NCBI GenBank assembly: GCA_938083015.1
Contig: CALKCX010000003.1
Location: 83,861-147,860 of the forward strand
Source: an uncultured Candidatus Micrarchaeota archaeon
GTDB lineage: Archaea; Micrarchaeota; Micrarchaeia; Anstonellales; J096
DNA length: 64,000 bases
Direction: 5' to 3'
The notes below the pieces were generated by a model. The model was not told the origin of the DNA. It made no database searches and saw only the letters and a list, made by a program, of their open reading frames with translations. The translations under genes were made by a program, and so were the position numbers. This document shows, one piece after another, positions 25,898-33,636 of this stretch (position 1 is the stretch's first letter; the number at the start of each line of letters is the position of its first letter).

Positions 25898-27395
25898 GCT
25901 AATAGATTTATTTCCACCTTTAGTGTATTCAAGCAAATATGATAAGCTATTTAATGCATTGAATTTACCAGTTTCAAGCTCTAGGTATCTAACTAGTATT
26001 CTATTCTTATCTATATTATTGGTCATAATATTTATATTAATTGATATAACGTATTTGTTTATAGCTTTGATAATAACAAGTATTCTTCTATTGTACCCTT
26101 TTCTTAAGTATAGAATGGTGACTAATAATATTAAAGCAGATCTACCTAAATTTATAATAAACATTGGATCTGGATTGTTAATAGGACTTACTTTAGCAGA
26201 ATCTATTCGACTAGCTATGAAAGATAGTAAGATTTTAAAACAGTATTTTGCCCAGTATTTAGAAAAAATAGAACAAGGAGAAAGTATAAACAACGTATTG
26301 CTATCGTTTAGCAATAGATTCTTAGATCAAGAGATTAGACTTACAATATTTCAATTGATTAATTCTTTATTAACTGGTTCAGCTAGAGAGTTAAAACAAC
26401 TAGGAATGCAATTATTGAAAGATCAGATGTTTCAATTTAAAGAGTTTGGAAATAGATTGCAAACTATATCACAATTTTACGTAGTATTTATGCTTTTATT
26501 ACCTGTATATGGCTTTACTATTCTTGTTATGTCTATAGCTTCAGAACAACCTATACCAGATATTATTCCATTGTTTGTATTTTTATTTCCTATGATACTG
26601 TTGGTCTTTATATTAACAGTGTATTTAATAATTCCTACCAATTATCTAATTGACGGTCATCTAGATTTAAATCCATTGATATTTAATTGGTTAGTATTGA
26701 TAATTGCCTATTATTCAAACATAGAAATGTTTTACATTTTAATATTTTATATAATCACATCGATAATTTTATTGTTTTTAAACTTAGATCAGATAAAATT
26801 AAAAGTATATATTGATAGGTTAGAGAAATCAATATTAGACGTGGCCTTGGTAATATCATCCCTACCTAGTTTCAATCTAAAGATACTGTTTGAAAGAATT
26901 GTAAAATATAACATAATTGGTTGGAATCTACTTGCACAGAGAGCTTTAAATATGTATGAAAATGGGGTAAGTGTAAGAGAGATATTTAAAATGTTTTATA
27001 GTATACCTTCAAAATACATTAGATTGTTTATAACAAATTTAGAATACATATATTATTCGGGCATTTCTTCTCATGAAAGAGTAGTAGAATGGTTAGAATC
27101 GTTTATAAATATGATTAATCTTAAAAGAGAAGTAGAATTACAATTAGATGTTTTCAAATACACAATATTGATCTCTCTTTTAATACTTCCTATAATATAT
27201 GCTTATATATACAAATTTACAAATAAGTTAATTGGAATTGAATTATATGTGTTAGGGTATTTACCATTGATAATAGTCGGTGGAGGTATTTCTATGTTAT
27301 CTACGATATATAGATATAAGTTTAGTATGTTATATACTCTATTGTTATCGATATTGGTAGTAATAACTTATTCTCTAATGTTGAATTTATATTAA
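25881..27395 (+). CDS. Polytopic membrane platform protein (FlaJ/TadC/PilC-like)
   Basis: About 504 aa from the ATG at 25881 (track start 25836). Many TM segments in two blocks, directly following the secretion ATPase. Confidence 0.6.
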   Translation: MDIIYKLIDLFPPLVYSSKYDKLFNALNLPVSSSRYLTSILFLSILLVIIFILIDITYLFIALIITSILLLYPFLKYRMVTNNIKADLPKFIINIGSGLLIGLTLAESIRLAMKDSKILKQYFAQYLEKIEQGESINNVLLSFSNRFLDQEIRLTIFQLINSLLTGSARELKQLGMQLLKDQMFQFKEFGNRLQTISQFYVVFMLLLPVYGFTILVMSIASEQPIPDIIPLFVFLFPMILLVFILTVYLIIPTNYLIDGHLDLNPLIFNWLVLIIAYYSNIEMFYILIFYIITSIILLFLNLDQIKLKVYIDRLEKSILDVALVISSLPSFNLKILFERIVKYNIIGWNLLAQRALNMYENGVSVREIFKMFYSIPSKYIRLFITNLEYIYYSGISSHERVVEWLESFINMINLKREVELQLDVFKYTILISLLILPIIYAYIYKFTNKLIGIELYVLGYLPLIIVGGGISMLSTIYRYKFSMLYTLLLSILVVITYSLMLNLY

Positions 27396-27422
27396 AAGTG
27401 AAATTTTTTGTTAAAAATTACT

Positions 27423-27585
27423 AAAAAGGGGGAGAGGGGTCAGTCCCAAAACAGATGCAGGTTTTTAACAACCGGCCGCATTTGTAAAAATTACAATAAT
27501 TTAAGATAAACTTGTAATATTTACAAAAATAAATTAATATCAAACATTTAAATCAAACTTGGAAGTGACCTCTCCCCCCGTTTTG
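27423..27585. other. Nested inverted-repeat element with G/C-rich arms (candidate structured ncRNA, MITE-like or origin-like element)
   Basis: Arms GGGGGAGAGGGGTCA (27428-27442) and TGACCTCTCCCCCC (27566-27579) are complementary. Inner repeat 27481-27496 / 27512-27527 is 15/16 complementary. T-runs flank the element on both strands. It lies in a convergent intergenic gap. Confidence 0.5.
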
Positions 27586-27614
27586 TGATATTTTTTATTA
27601 AAAATTACACTAAA

Positions 27615-28118
27615 TTAAGTATTAAAATGAGTTTTTAGTATTTCATTTAACAGTACTTGAGCTAATTCTACACGTATTTTGTTAGCAATTACGTATTGAG
27701 CTAACATGAATAAACTATCAAATAATTCTATATAATCTGGATTATGTAACATAGTTTGTTTATACTCATCAAGTTCTTGTTTAACAAATATATGACCTCT
27801 ATCTGGATAGTGTCTAATAAGTAAATCTCTTGTATATTGAGAGTAAAATTCTCTATTCGTATTGAATATTACAGCTATAGGATTATCTTTAAGTTCCAAA
27901 TTGTATATCGGATAATTTTTTTGTCTAGATTTTATTTCTTGCCATAATCTTTCTAAATATGTTCTATCATTAATACCTTGTCCATTTTTTTTAAGATATT
28001 CATATCTCTGTTTGTATTTTCCATATCCTTTCATCAAATCTTGCTCTGGAATTATGGTATACATTGCTAAAGCTACTGATGTTTCCATAAAAATAGTCGT
28101 TTTCATTGTTATTCGCAC
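27615..28118 (-). CDS. Hypothetical protein (167 aa) translationally coupled to nrdJ
   Basis: ORF overlapping the nrdJ 3' end by 10 nt. No family recognised. Confidence 0.55.
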   Translation of the reverse strand: MRITMKTTIFMETSVALAMYTIIPEQDLMKGYGKYKQRYEYLKKNGQGINDRTYLERLWQEIKSRQKNYPIYNLELKDNPIAVIFNTNREFYSQYTRDLLIRHYPDRGHIFVKQELDEYKQTMLHNPDYIELFDSLFMLAQYVIANKIRVELAQVLLNEILKTHFNT

Positions 28119-30601
28119 TTACCATAACCACAGTTTAGACATACATGACAACCATTTTCTATTACCAAAGTATACTCTTTACATATAGGACATTGACTCA
28201 TAACTTGCTTATCTATAGGTTTTGGATTGCTTTTTAGAGTCCATTTTTTAAGATGTTCATGCCAAACAGTTGTTATCGTTCCATCAGTTTTAATGTAAGG
28301 TTCTAAACCGCTTATTATGGCCCGCTTTACAGTTTTTGAAATAGGATCATAAAGCTCAACTTCAAATTTTGTCTTTTTATATTCTTCTAATTCTCTAGAT
28401 TTTTTGCTATTAGTATTAAGTATAGCGAATCTACTTCCTTCTCTATATATGGTCACTCCTTTTAATCCTTTTCTCCAAGCTTCTATATAAAGTTTCGATA
28501 TGGTATCTGGATGGACATCTTCAGGTAAATTAATTGTTGAACTTATACTATGATCAACGTATTTTTGTATTCTAGATTGTATTTCAATTCTCTTCATCCA
28601 ATCTATTACATGTGCAGTACGAGTAAGATAATCGGGCAACTCAGGATTATCTGTATTAACTCCATTTTTATCCATCCAATATCTAATTGAAGAATGAAAT
28701 ACGTGAAATGTCTTCTTTAGGTTTTCCGAATATCTTGTGTAAGAAATGCTAAATACAGGTTCTATACCACCACTTACTCCTGTGTATATCTTATCTGAAT
28801 CTACATAAGCTATGACGATATTGCTAATACTACCTGTTGGAGCAATTGATAGTAATGCCACATTTCTAAGACCGTATTTTTCAATCTCTTTTCTTATATC
28901 TAAATCAATACTTTCTTTTATAAATGGCGATTCTAATATAGATTTGGAATAAGCTTCAAACACACCTCTCTCTTTTGCCAATTCTACAGAATAATAATAG
29001 GCCTTATTTGCTATAAATCGCATTACTTTTTCTACTAAATCAATAGCTTGTTCTTCATCGTATTTTAATCTCATGGCCATTAACATATCTGCAACGCCCA
29101 TTACGCCCAATCCTATTCTTCTGGTCAATCTTGCAGACATTCTCTGTTTAGGTAATGGATTCATATGGGTATTCCATTCTACAACATTATCCATAAACCT
29201 TATAGCTATTCTTATTATCTTGTCTAACAATTCATAATCGATCTCTGCATTTTCTTGAAATGGGTTTTTTACAAATCTTACAAGATTAATACTTCCCAAA
29301 TTACAAGATCCACCGTCTTCTAAAGGCACTTCACTACAAGGATTAGTACCAATTATCTTCCTACCTATGTAATCGCTGTTACTGTATTTCACCATATGAC
29401 TCCAGAATATTAATCCAGGTTCTGCAAATTTATAATTACCTATGACAAACAGATTCCATATATCTAAGGCGTTGTATAAATTTCTTATTTCACCGGTTTC
29501 TTGACTAGCAAATATTGTCATAAAATCACCAGCTCTTCTTATAGCATAGATTTGATTGTTTAATTTGACTATGAAATCACCGTATATATCTCTTTTCCAA
29601 ACATCATTCAAATCAACATCAATTTTCATATATTCTAATAAATGTTTTTCATCGTCAAAAATTTTAACTAATTTGTAATTATCAATAGGTTTTGAAGGAA
29701 TATCATAACTATAATGCACATTTACATAATCTTGATCGTATTTAGGAATATTGTAATTCGTAACTTGATACATTAAGATCTTTCCTCTATAATTTAAAGC
29801 TTCTTGCAATGCTTGAAAGAATTCATCTGTAAATTTAATACTTATATTAGCGTATCTTATTTGGAAGTTTTCTATCAACCTTTTCTGCACGATGTTAGCT
29901 TGTTCTTCATTTAGACCAAGATCTTGTTTAATTAAATTAGTTGCCATAGATACATCGTAATTAGGAAAAGATTTAGAAAGAATGAAATTGATTATATCTG
30001 GATGTTTTACATTTATAGTTAACATCAAGGCACCTCTTCTGCCTTGTTGACCTATTAAACCGGTTGTTAGAGAATAAAGATACATAAAAGATACTGCACC
30101 AGTTGATGTATTTGAGGCATTATGAACTATTGCCCCTGCAGGTCTTAATACAGATATATCTGTACCAATACCACCTCCGTATGAATAGGTCCTAGCGGCT
30201 TCATATGCTGTCTGAAATATAGATTCTATAGAATCGTTTTCTATAATTGATACAAAACAATTTGCCAATGTCTTTGATCTATAATCACCAGCACCAGCTA
30301 ATACTCTGCCCCCAGGTATAAAATAACCGTTTCTCATAATTTCAAAGAATTCTTTAGCTATTGTTTCTTTATCATTACTATTATCTATAGCTGCAACGAA
30401 TGAAGCTACTCTTCTATATACATCTTCTGGATGCTCTTCTATTCGATCTTCATTTTTTAACATATATTTTGCTCGAAATATCGATAATGCCAAATAGTCT
30501 CTTTCTTCGTCGTATTTATAAAGATTAGGAATTCTATTAAGATATTCTAAAAGTCTCTTAAAATTCTCGTAGAATTCGGCCTTTATCTTTTTTTCAATCA
30601 T
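28109..30601 (-). CDS. nrdJ: Adenosylcobalamin-dependent (class II) ribonucleotide reductase
   Basis: 830 aa. Blocks LANCFV, GGGIGTDIS.LRP, TNPCSEVPL, SCNLGSINL and a C-terminal Cys cluster CPICK...CHVCLNCGYGKCE. GGTGGGGTGA lies just upstream of the ATG. Confidence 0.9.
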   Translation of the reverse strand: MIEKKIKAEFYENFKRLLEYLNRIPNLYKYDEERDYLALSIFRAKYMLKNEDRIEEHPEDVYRRVASFVAAIDNSNDKETIAKEFFEIMRNGYFIPGGRVLAGAGDYRSKTLANCFVSIIENDSIESIFQTAYEAARTYSYGGGIGTDISVLRPAGAIVHNASNTSTGAVSFMYLYSLTTGLIGQQGRRGALMLTINVKHPDIINFILSKSFPNYDVSMATNLIKQDLGLNEEQANIVQKRLIENFQIRYANISIKFTDEFFQALQEALNYRGKILMYQVTNYNIPKYDQDYVNVHYSYDIPSKPIDNYKLVKIFDDEKHLLEYMKIDVDLNDVWKRDIYGDFIVKLNNQIYAIRRAGDFMTIFASQETGEIRNLYNALDIWNLFVIGNYKFAEPGLIFWSHMVKYSNSDYIGRKIIGTNPCSEVPLEDGGSCNLGSINLVRFVKNPFQENAEIDYELLDKIIRIAIRFMDNVVEWNTHMNPLPKQRMSARLTRRIGLGVMGVADMLMAMRLKYDEEQAIDLVEKVMRFIANKAYYYSVELAKERGVFEAYSKSILESPFIKESIDLDIRKEIEKYGLRNVALLSIAPTGSISNIVIAYVDSDKIYTGVSGGIEPVFSISYTRYSENLKKTFHVFHSSIRYWMDKNGVNTDNPELPDYLTRTAHVIDWMKRIEIQSRIQKYVDHSISSTINLPEDVHPDTISKLYIEAWRKGLKGVTIYREGSRFAILNTNSKKSRELEEYKKTKFEVELYDPISKTVKRAIISGLEPYIKTDGTITTVWHEHLKKWTLKSNPKPIDKQVMSQCPICKEYTLVIENGCHVCLNCGYGKCE

Positions 30602-30623
30602 TTCACCCCACCAAGTTTTTTTG

Positions 30624-30638
30624 ATTGTTTTACAAAAT
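30624..30638. promoter_or_regulatory. Operator-like repeat copy 1, ATTGTTTTACAAAAT
   Basis: Lies between the nrdJ TATA box (30643-30648) and the predicted TSS near 30620. It is 14/15 identical to the copy at 30652-30666. Confidence 0.45.
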
Positions 30639-30642
30639 AATC

Positions 30643-30648
30643 TTTAAA
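30643..30648 (-). promoter_or_regulatory. TTTAAA box for nrdJ (leadered mRNA)
   Basis: Centre is 44.5 nt upstream of the ATG at 30601, predicting a roughly 19-nt leader containing the SD-like GGTGGGGTGA. Confidence 0.5.
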
Positions 30649-30651
30649 AAA

Positions 30652-30666
30652 ATTGTTTTGCAAAAT
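30652..30666. promoter_or_regulatory. Operator-like repeat copy 2, ATTGTTTTGCAAAAT (contains the perfect palindrome TTTTGCAAAA)
   Basis: Starts 28 bp from copy 1, just upstream of the nrdJ TATA box. Confidence 0.45.
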
Positions 30667-30710
30667 ATTATCTCTTAAATCTTCTTGATAAAGATTGTTT
30701 ACATATATAT

Positions 30711-30716
30711 TTTAAA
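30711..30716 (+). promoter_or_regulatory. TTTAAA box for the pilin-like gene
   Basis: Centre is 25.5 nt upstream of the ATG at 30739. A third partial repeat, GATTGTTTACA (30693-30703), abuts it. Confidence 0.55.
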
Positions 30717-30738
30717 GTAAAATGAATAATTTAATTTT

Positions 30739-30957
30739 ATGAAAGCTGCTGTATCTCTTGAAATGGTCATTTTACTAGTCTTGATAATAGCAGCTGTAAT
30801 GATTGTTGGATCTATGCTAATAAGTACTACTCAAAATGCTACTGAAAAGATGGAAAATAAAACATCGACGATAATATCAAGAATTGAAAAAGCTTGTATT
30901 GATGATACTGATTGTGAATTCGGTGAACGATGTGTAAGAGGTGTATGTAAAGGGTGA
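30739..30957 (+). CDS. Class III signal peptide (archaeal type IV pilin-like) protein with a small Cys-rich C-terminus
   Basis: 72 aa. N-terminus MKAAVSLEMVILLVLIIAAV fits the archaeal prepilin motif plus hydrophobic helix. The C-terminus CIDDTDCEFGERCVRGVC has 4 Cys. Confidence 0.7.
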   Translation: MKAAVSLEMVILLVLIIAAVMIVGSMLISTTQNATEKMENKTSTIISRIEKACIDDTDCEFGERCVRGVCKG

Positions 30958-32411
30958 GTTTTTTAATTAAATTAATCTATCTATTGCTACTAAAGCCATA
31001 TGTTTTAGAGTATTTAATAGTCAATAAACTTAAAGCTCTTAGATCTGAATTTAAAATAGAAGATGAGTTAATATCAAATAACGGAGATGGGGCATTGTCA
31101 TTTAGGTATGCTAAGTATCAATCTGGGTTTCCTGAATTGATAATATTGCCAGATAGAGATAGTAGAGAGAGATATAAGTTAATCTACGTATTTTTCTTAC
31201 CATTACTAGCAGTAAAAGATTCTGACTTTAGAAAATTCAATGCAGAATATTATATGATAGTAACATTATTATTAATATATACATTAATTACACCAATATT
31301 TGTTAAAGATGATCTTCTTAGACATCTAAGAACATGGGAAGACGGTAGATTTAAAGATTATAGAGAGTTTTACATAATGGAATGGTCGTTTAGTTTTCCT
31401 ATATATCCTATATGGGATGTATTATATGGAATAACTTATAAGCTTTTTGGAATTTGGTCTGTAAAATTCTGGGAGTTTACAAGTATGTTAATATTTATAG
31501 TAGTTTACACATATGTTACACAGCACTTACCTCAACATATACGTGCTTTACTATTGATCTTTTTAATAGATCTAATTTTTTATCGTATACTATCGGCTAA
31601 ACCTTCAAATATGATTGGTTTTTTAGTCGTACTTCTACCATACATTTCAAATTTTAGATTTTTACTTTCTCTATTTATAGGTATTAGCTATTACTTGTTT
31701 TTCATCTTTCTTATTCCTTATTTAGATTTTAGAGAAGTTCGCTATGCTTTTATCATATCTTTAATATTCTGGTTAATTTGGAGTAACTTCAATTATTTTA
31801 CAGAGATATTTACATTTTTACATTACACTTATCTAGCTAGATTTTATTTTACAATAGCAGAAAACATGAGTCCAATTTTAATCTTTTCTAATGTTGCATT
31901 TGGCGTATTGGTATTTTACTGGTTGTTAAACAATAATTCACGTATTAGTTTAATCAGAGGCCTGTATTTTTTATTATTAAATCAAGTTAGATTTCTAGAT
32001 TCTTTTGTTCTTGTATTAGCTTCTTCTATAAAGGCCCCGAATATACCACCAATCTACGGAATAGTAGCTATTCTCTCAGCATTATTATTTACAGTTAATC
32101 ACGATTTGTTTATTAGTAATGATACCCTTGAATTCCTTAGATTTAACAATACAAAAATTCTATCAATGACAATGGGAGATATGTTTATAATTTTATTCAT
32201 GAGCAATAACATAAGTATAGCACCAGCAATGGAAATTGGATTAACAGATAGAGAATTGTTTAATATGTTGAAAAACCATACTATTGATTGTGAAATTCTA
32301 AAGAGTAAAGGTATAGAATATGTAGTAGACAGGGGCAATATTAAAACGCGTGATTGTTTAACAATTGATAGAATACACAATGGTATTGTTGTTTGGAAAG
32401 TTGAAAAATAA
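30954..32411 (+). CDS. Polytopic membrane protein, unknown function
   Basis: 485 aa with a GTG start overlapping the pilin stop (GTGA). Many TM segments followed by a soluble C-terminal part. Confidence 0.55.
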   Translation: MSFLIKLIYLLLLKPYVLEYLIVNKLKALRSEFKIEDELISNNGDGALSFRYAKYQSGFPELIILPDRDSRERYKLIYVFFLPLLAVKDSDFRKFNAEYYMIVTLLLIYTLITPIFVKDDLLRHLRTWEDGRFKDYREFYIMEWSFSFPIYPIWDVLYGITYKLFGIWSVKFWEFTSMLIFIVVYTYVTQHLPQHIRALLLIFLIDLIFYRILSAKPSNMIGFLVVLLPYISNFRFLLSLFIGISYYLFFIFLIPYLDFREVRYAFIISLIFWLIWSNFNYFTEIFTFLHYTYLARFYFTIAENMSPILIFSNVAFGVLVFYWLLNNNSRISLIRGLYFLLLNQVRFLDSFVLVLASSIKAPNIPPIYGIVAILSALLFTVNHDLFISNDTLEFLRFNNTKILSMTMGDMFIILFMSNNISIAPAMEIGLTDRELFNMLKNHTIDCEILKSKGIEYVVDRGNIKTRDCLTIDRIHNGIVVWKVEK

Positions 32412-32482
32412 TGCGGCCACCGGGATTCGAACCCGGGCCTTCAGCTTGGGAAGCTGACATCCTACCACTAGACTATGGCCGC
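32412..32482 (-). tRNA. tRNA-Gly(CCC)
   Basis: Hand-folded. Acceptor GCGGCCA/TGGCCGC, anticodon stem TCAGC/GCTGA with loop TT-CCC-AA, T-arm CCGGG-TTCGAAT-CCCGG, discriminator A, no CCA. Confidence 0.9.
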
Positions 32483-32504
32483 TATGTTTATATGTACGAA
32501 AATC

Positions 32505-32510
32505 TTTAAA
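32505..32510 (-). promoter_or_regulatory. TTTAAA box for tRNA-Gly
   Basis: Centre is 25.5 nt upstream of tRNA +1 (32482). Confidence 0.6.
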
Positions 32511-33578
32511 CTATTCAACATATATTTGAACAATATCCATGTCTTCTAAAACATGATTTAGTCCTACTTTTTGTCCAGGATATTTTACAGATTTGCCCCA
32601 AACTAATGCATATTTGAAATTCTCTTCAAAATCTCTATGTATTGCTTTACACACATCTAATATACGTGCACCTCGCTTCAATATAAGAGGTTCAGTACTA
32701 ATATCACCTTTCCAAGATTTAGTATATACTCTTATAAATTCGAATTTTTCGTATATTTTGTTTTTAAGTTGTTCTAAAGTATCGCTCATAAAACTGCTTA
32801 CTAATACTGCTTCAGGGTATTTATTTTTAAGACTATTTATATCTTCGATGATATCTATTTTATTTATCACAAGTATTGATTTTATATATACTAAAGAATC
32901 GTCTAGACTATCTATTAAATCTTGAAAATCTACATTCGGGCCTATATATACGTCTGCACTTCGTATACCATTCTCGTTTAATACTCCTAATATTACATCT
33001 TCCGACAAATTAGATCTATTGAAAATCTTCATAGGGCCAGAATCTCTTTTACTTATTCGAATATCTGGTTTTTCTCTATTTAGTCTTATACCAACTTGGT
33101 GTAACATATTGACAAGTGCCTGGTATTGCTTTTCTACAGCATTTGCTTCAACAACTAAAAGTATTAAATCTGCTGTTCTAACAACAGACAACACTTCTCT
33201 ACCTCTTCCCCTGTTTACATCGATAATACCTGGAAGATCTAGAATTTGTATCTGAGCACCTTTATATTCTAATATTCCAGGTATTACTGAAACAGTTGTA
33301 AAAGCATAATAACCTATTTTAGATTCTTTTCCAGTTAAAGCAGTTAAGAGAGAAGATTTACCTACAGAAGGAAAACCGACCAATACAACACGTGCATCTC
33401 CTGTTTTAGGTATATCGAATCCGCCCCCACCACCTTTTTTTAACTCCATTTTTAGTTTTTCTCTTCTAAGTTTCGCTATCTTAGCTAATAATAAACTTAT
33501 ATGTTTTTCAGTAGCTTTATTCTTTTGAGTTCTTCTTATTTCTTCTTCTAATTGTTTTATTTTACTATCAAAATCCAT
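32511..33578 (-). CDS. DRG/Obg-family GTP-binding protein with a C-terminal TGS domain
   Basis: 355 aa. VVLVGFPSVGKSSLLTALT, DLPGII, and an N-terminal basic coiled region typical of DRG. Confidence 0.9.
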   Translation of the reverse strand: MDFDSKIKQLEEEIRRTQKNKATEKHISLLLAKIAKLRREKLKMELKKGGGGGFDIPKTGDARVVLVGFPSVGKSSLLTALTGKESKIGYYAFTTVSVIPGILEYKGAQIQILDLPGIIDVNRGRGREVLSVVRTADLILLVVEANAVEKQYQALVNMLHQVGIRLNREKPDIRISKRDSGPMKIFNRSNLSEDVILGVLNENGIRSADVYIGPNVDFQDLIDSLDDSLVYIKSILVINKIDIIEDINSLKNKYPEAVLVSSFMSDTLEQLKNKIYEKFEFIRVYTKSWKGDISTEPLILKRGARILDVCKAIHRDFEENFKYALVWGKSVKYPGQKVGLNHVLEDMDIVQIYVE

Positions 33579-33603
33579 CTCTAACTATGATGTAAAGCTT
33601 AAG

Positions 33604-33609
33604 TTTAAA
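33604..33609. promoter_or_regulatory. Shared TTTAAA box for the divergent DRG and ftsZ operons
   Basis: Centre is 28.5 nt from the ATG at 33578 (-) and 30.5 nt from the ATG at 33637 (+), which is preceded by AGGTGA. Confidence 0.5.
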
Positions 33610-33636
33610 AATATAACTATAGAATAAACATTATAG

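Noticed and set aside
27428-27460. Resemblance of GGGGTCAGTCCC...ACAGAT to RNase P RNA conserved regions (GAGGAAAGUCC / ACAGAA), or to a split-tRNA half as in Nanoarchaeum.
   Set aside because: The two motifs are adjacent rather than separated by the specificity and catalytic domains, and the total length is far too short. No D-arm or anticodon-arm pattern of a tRNA half could be folded.
28109-30601. Possible intein or split organisation in the class II RNR.
   Set aside because: The ORF is continuous and its length (830 aa) is compatible with an intein-free NrdJ. No Cys/Ser...HN-Cys/Ser/Thr splice-junction blocks or endonuclease motifs were seen.
27481-30638. Shared TTTTACAAA / TTTGTAAAA 9-mer between the inner hairpin of the 27.4-kb element and the nrdJ operator-like repeats, which might mark the two ends of an RNR cassette.
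   Set aside because: My rough estimate is that an A/T-rich 9-mer of this kind is expected several times by chance in 64 kb of this composition. The longer repeat units do not align beyond the 9-mer.
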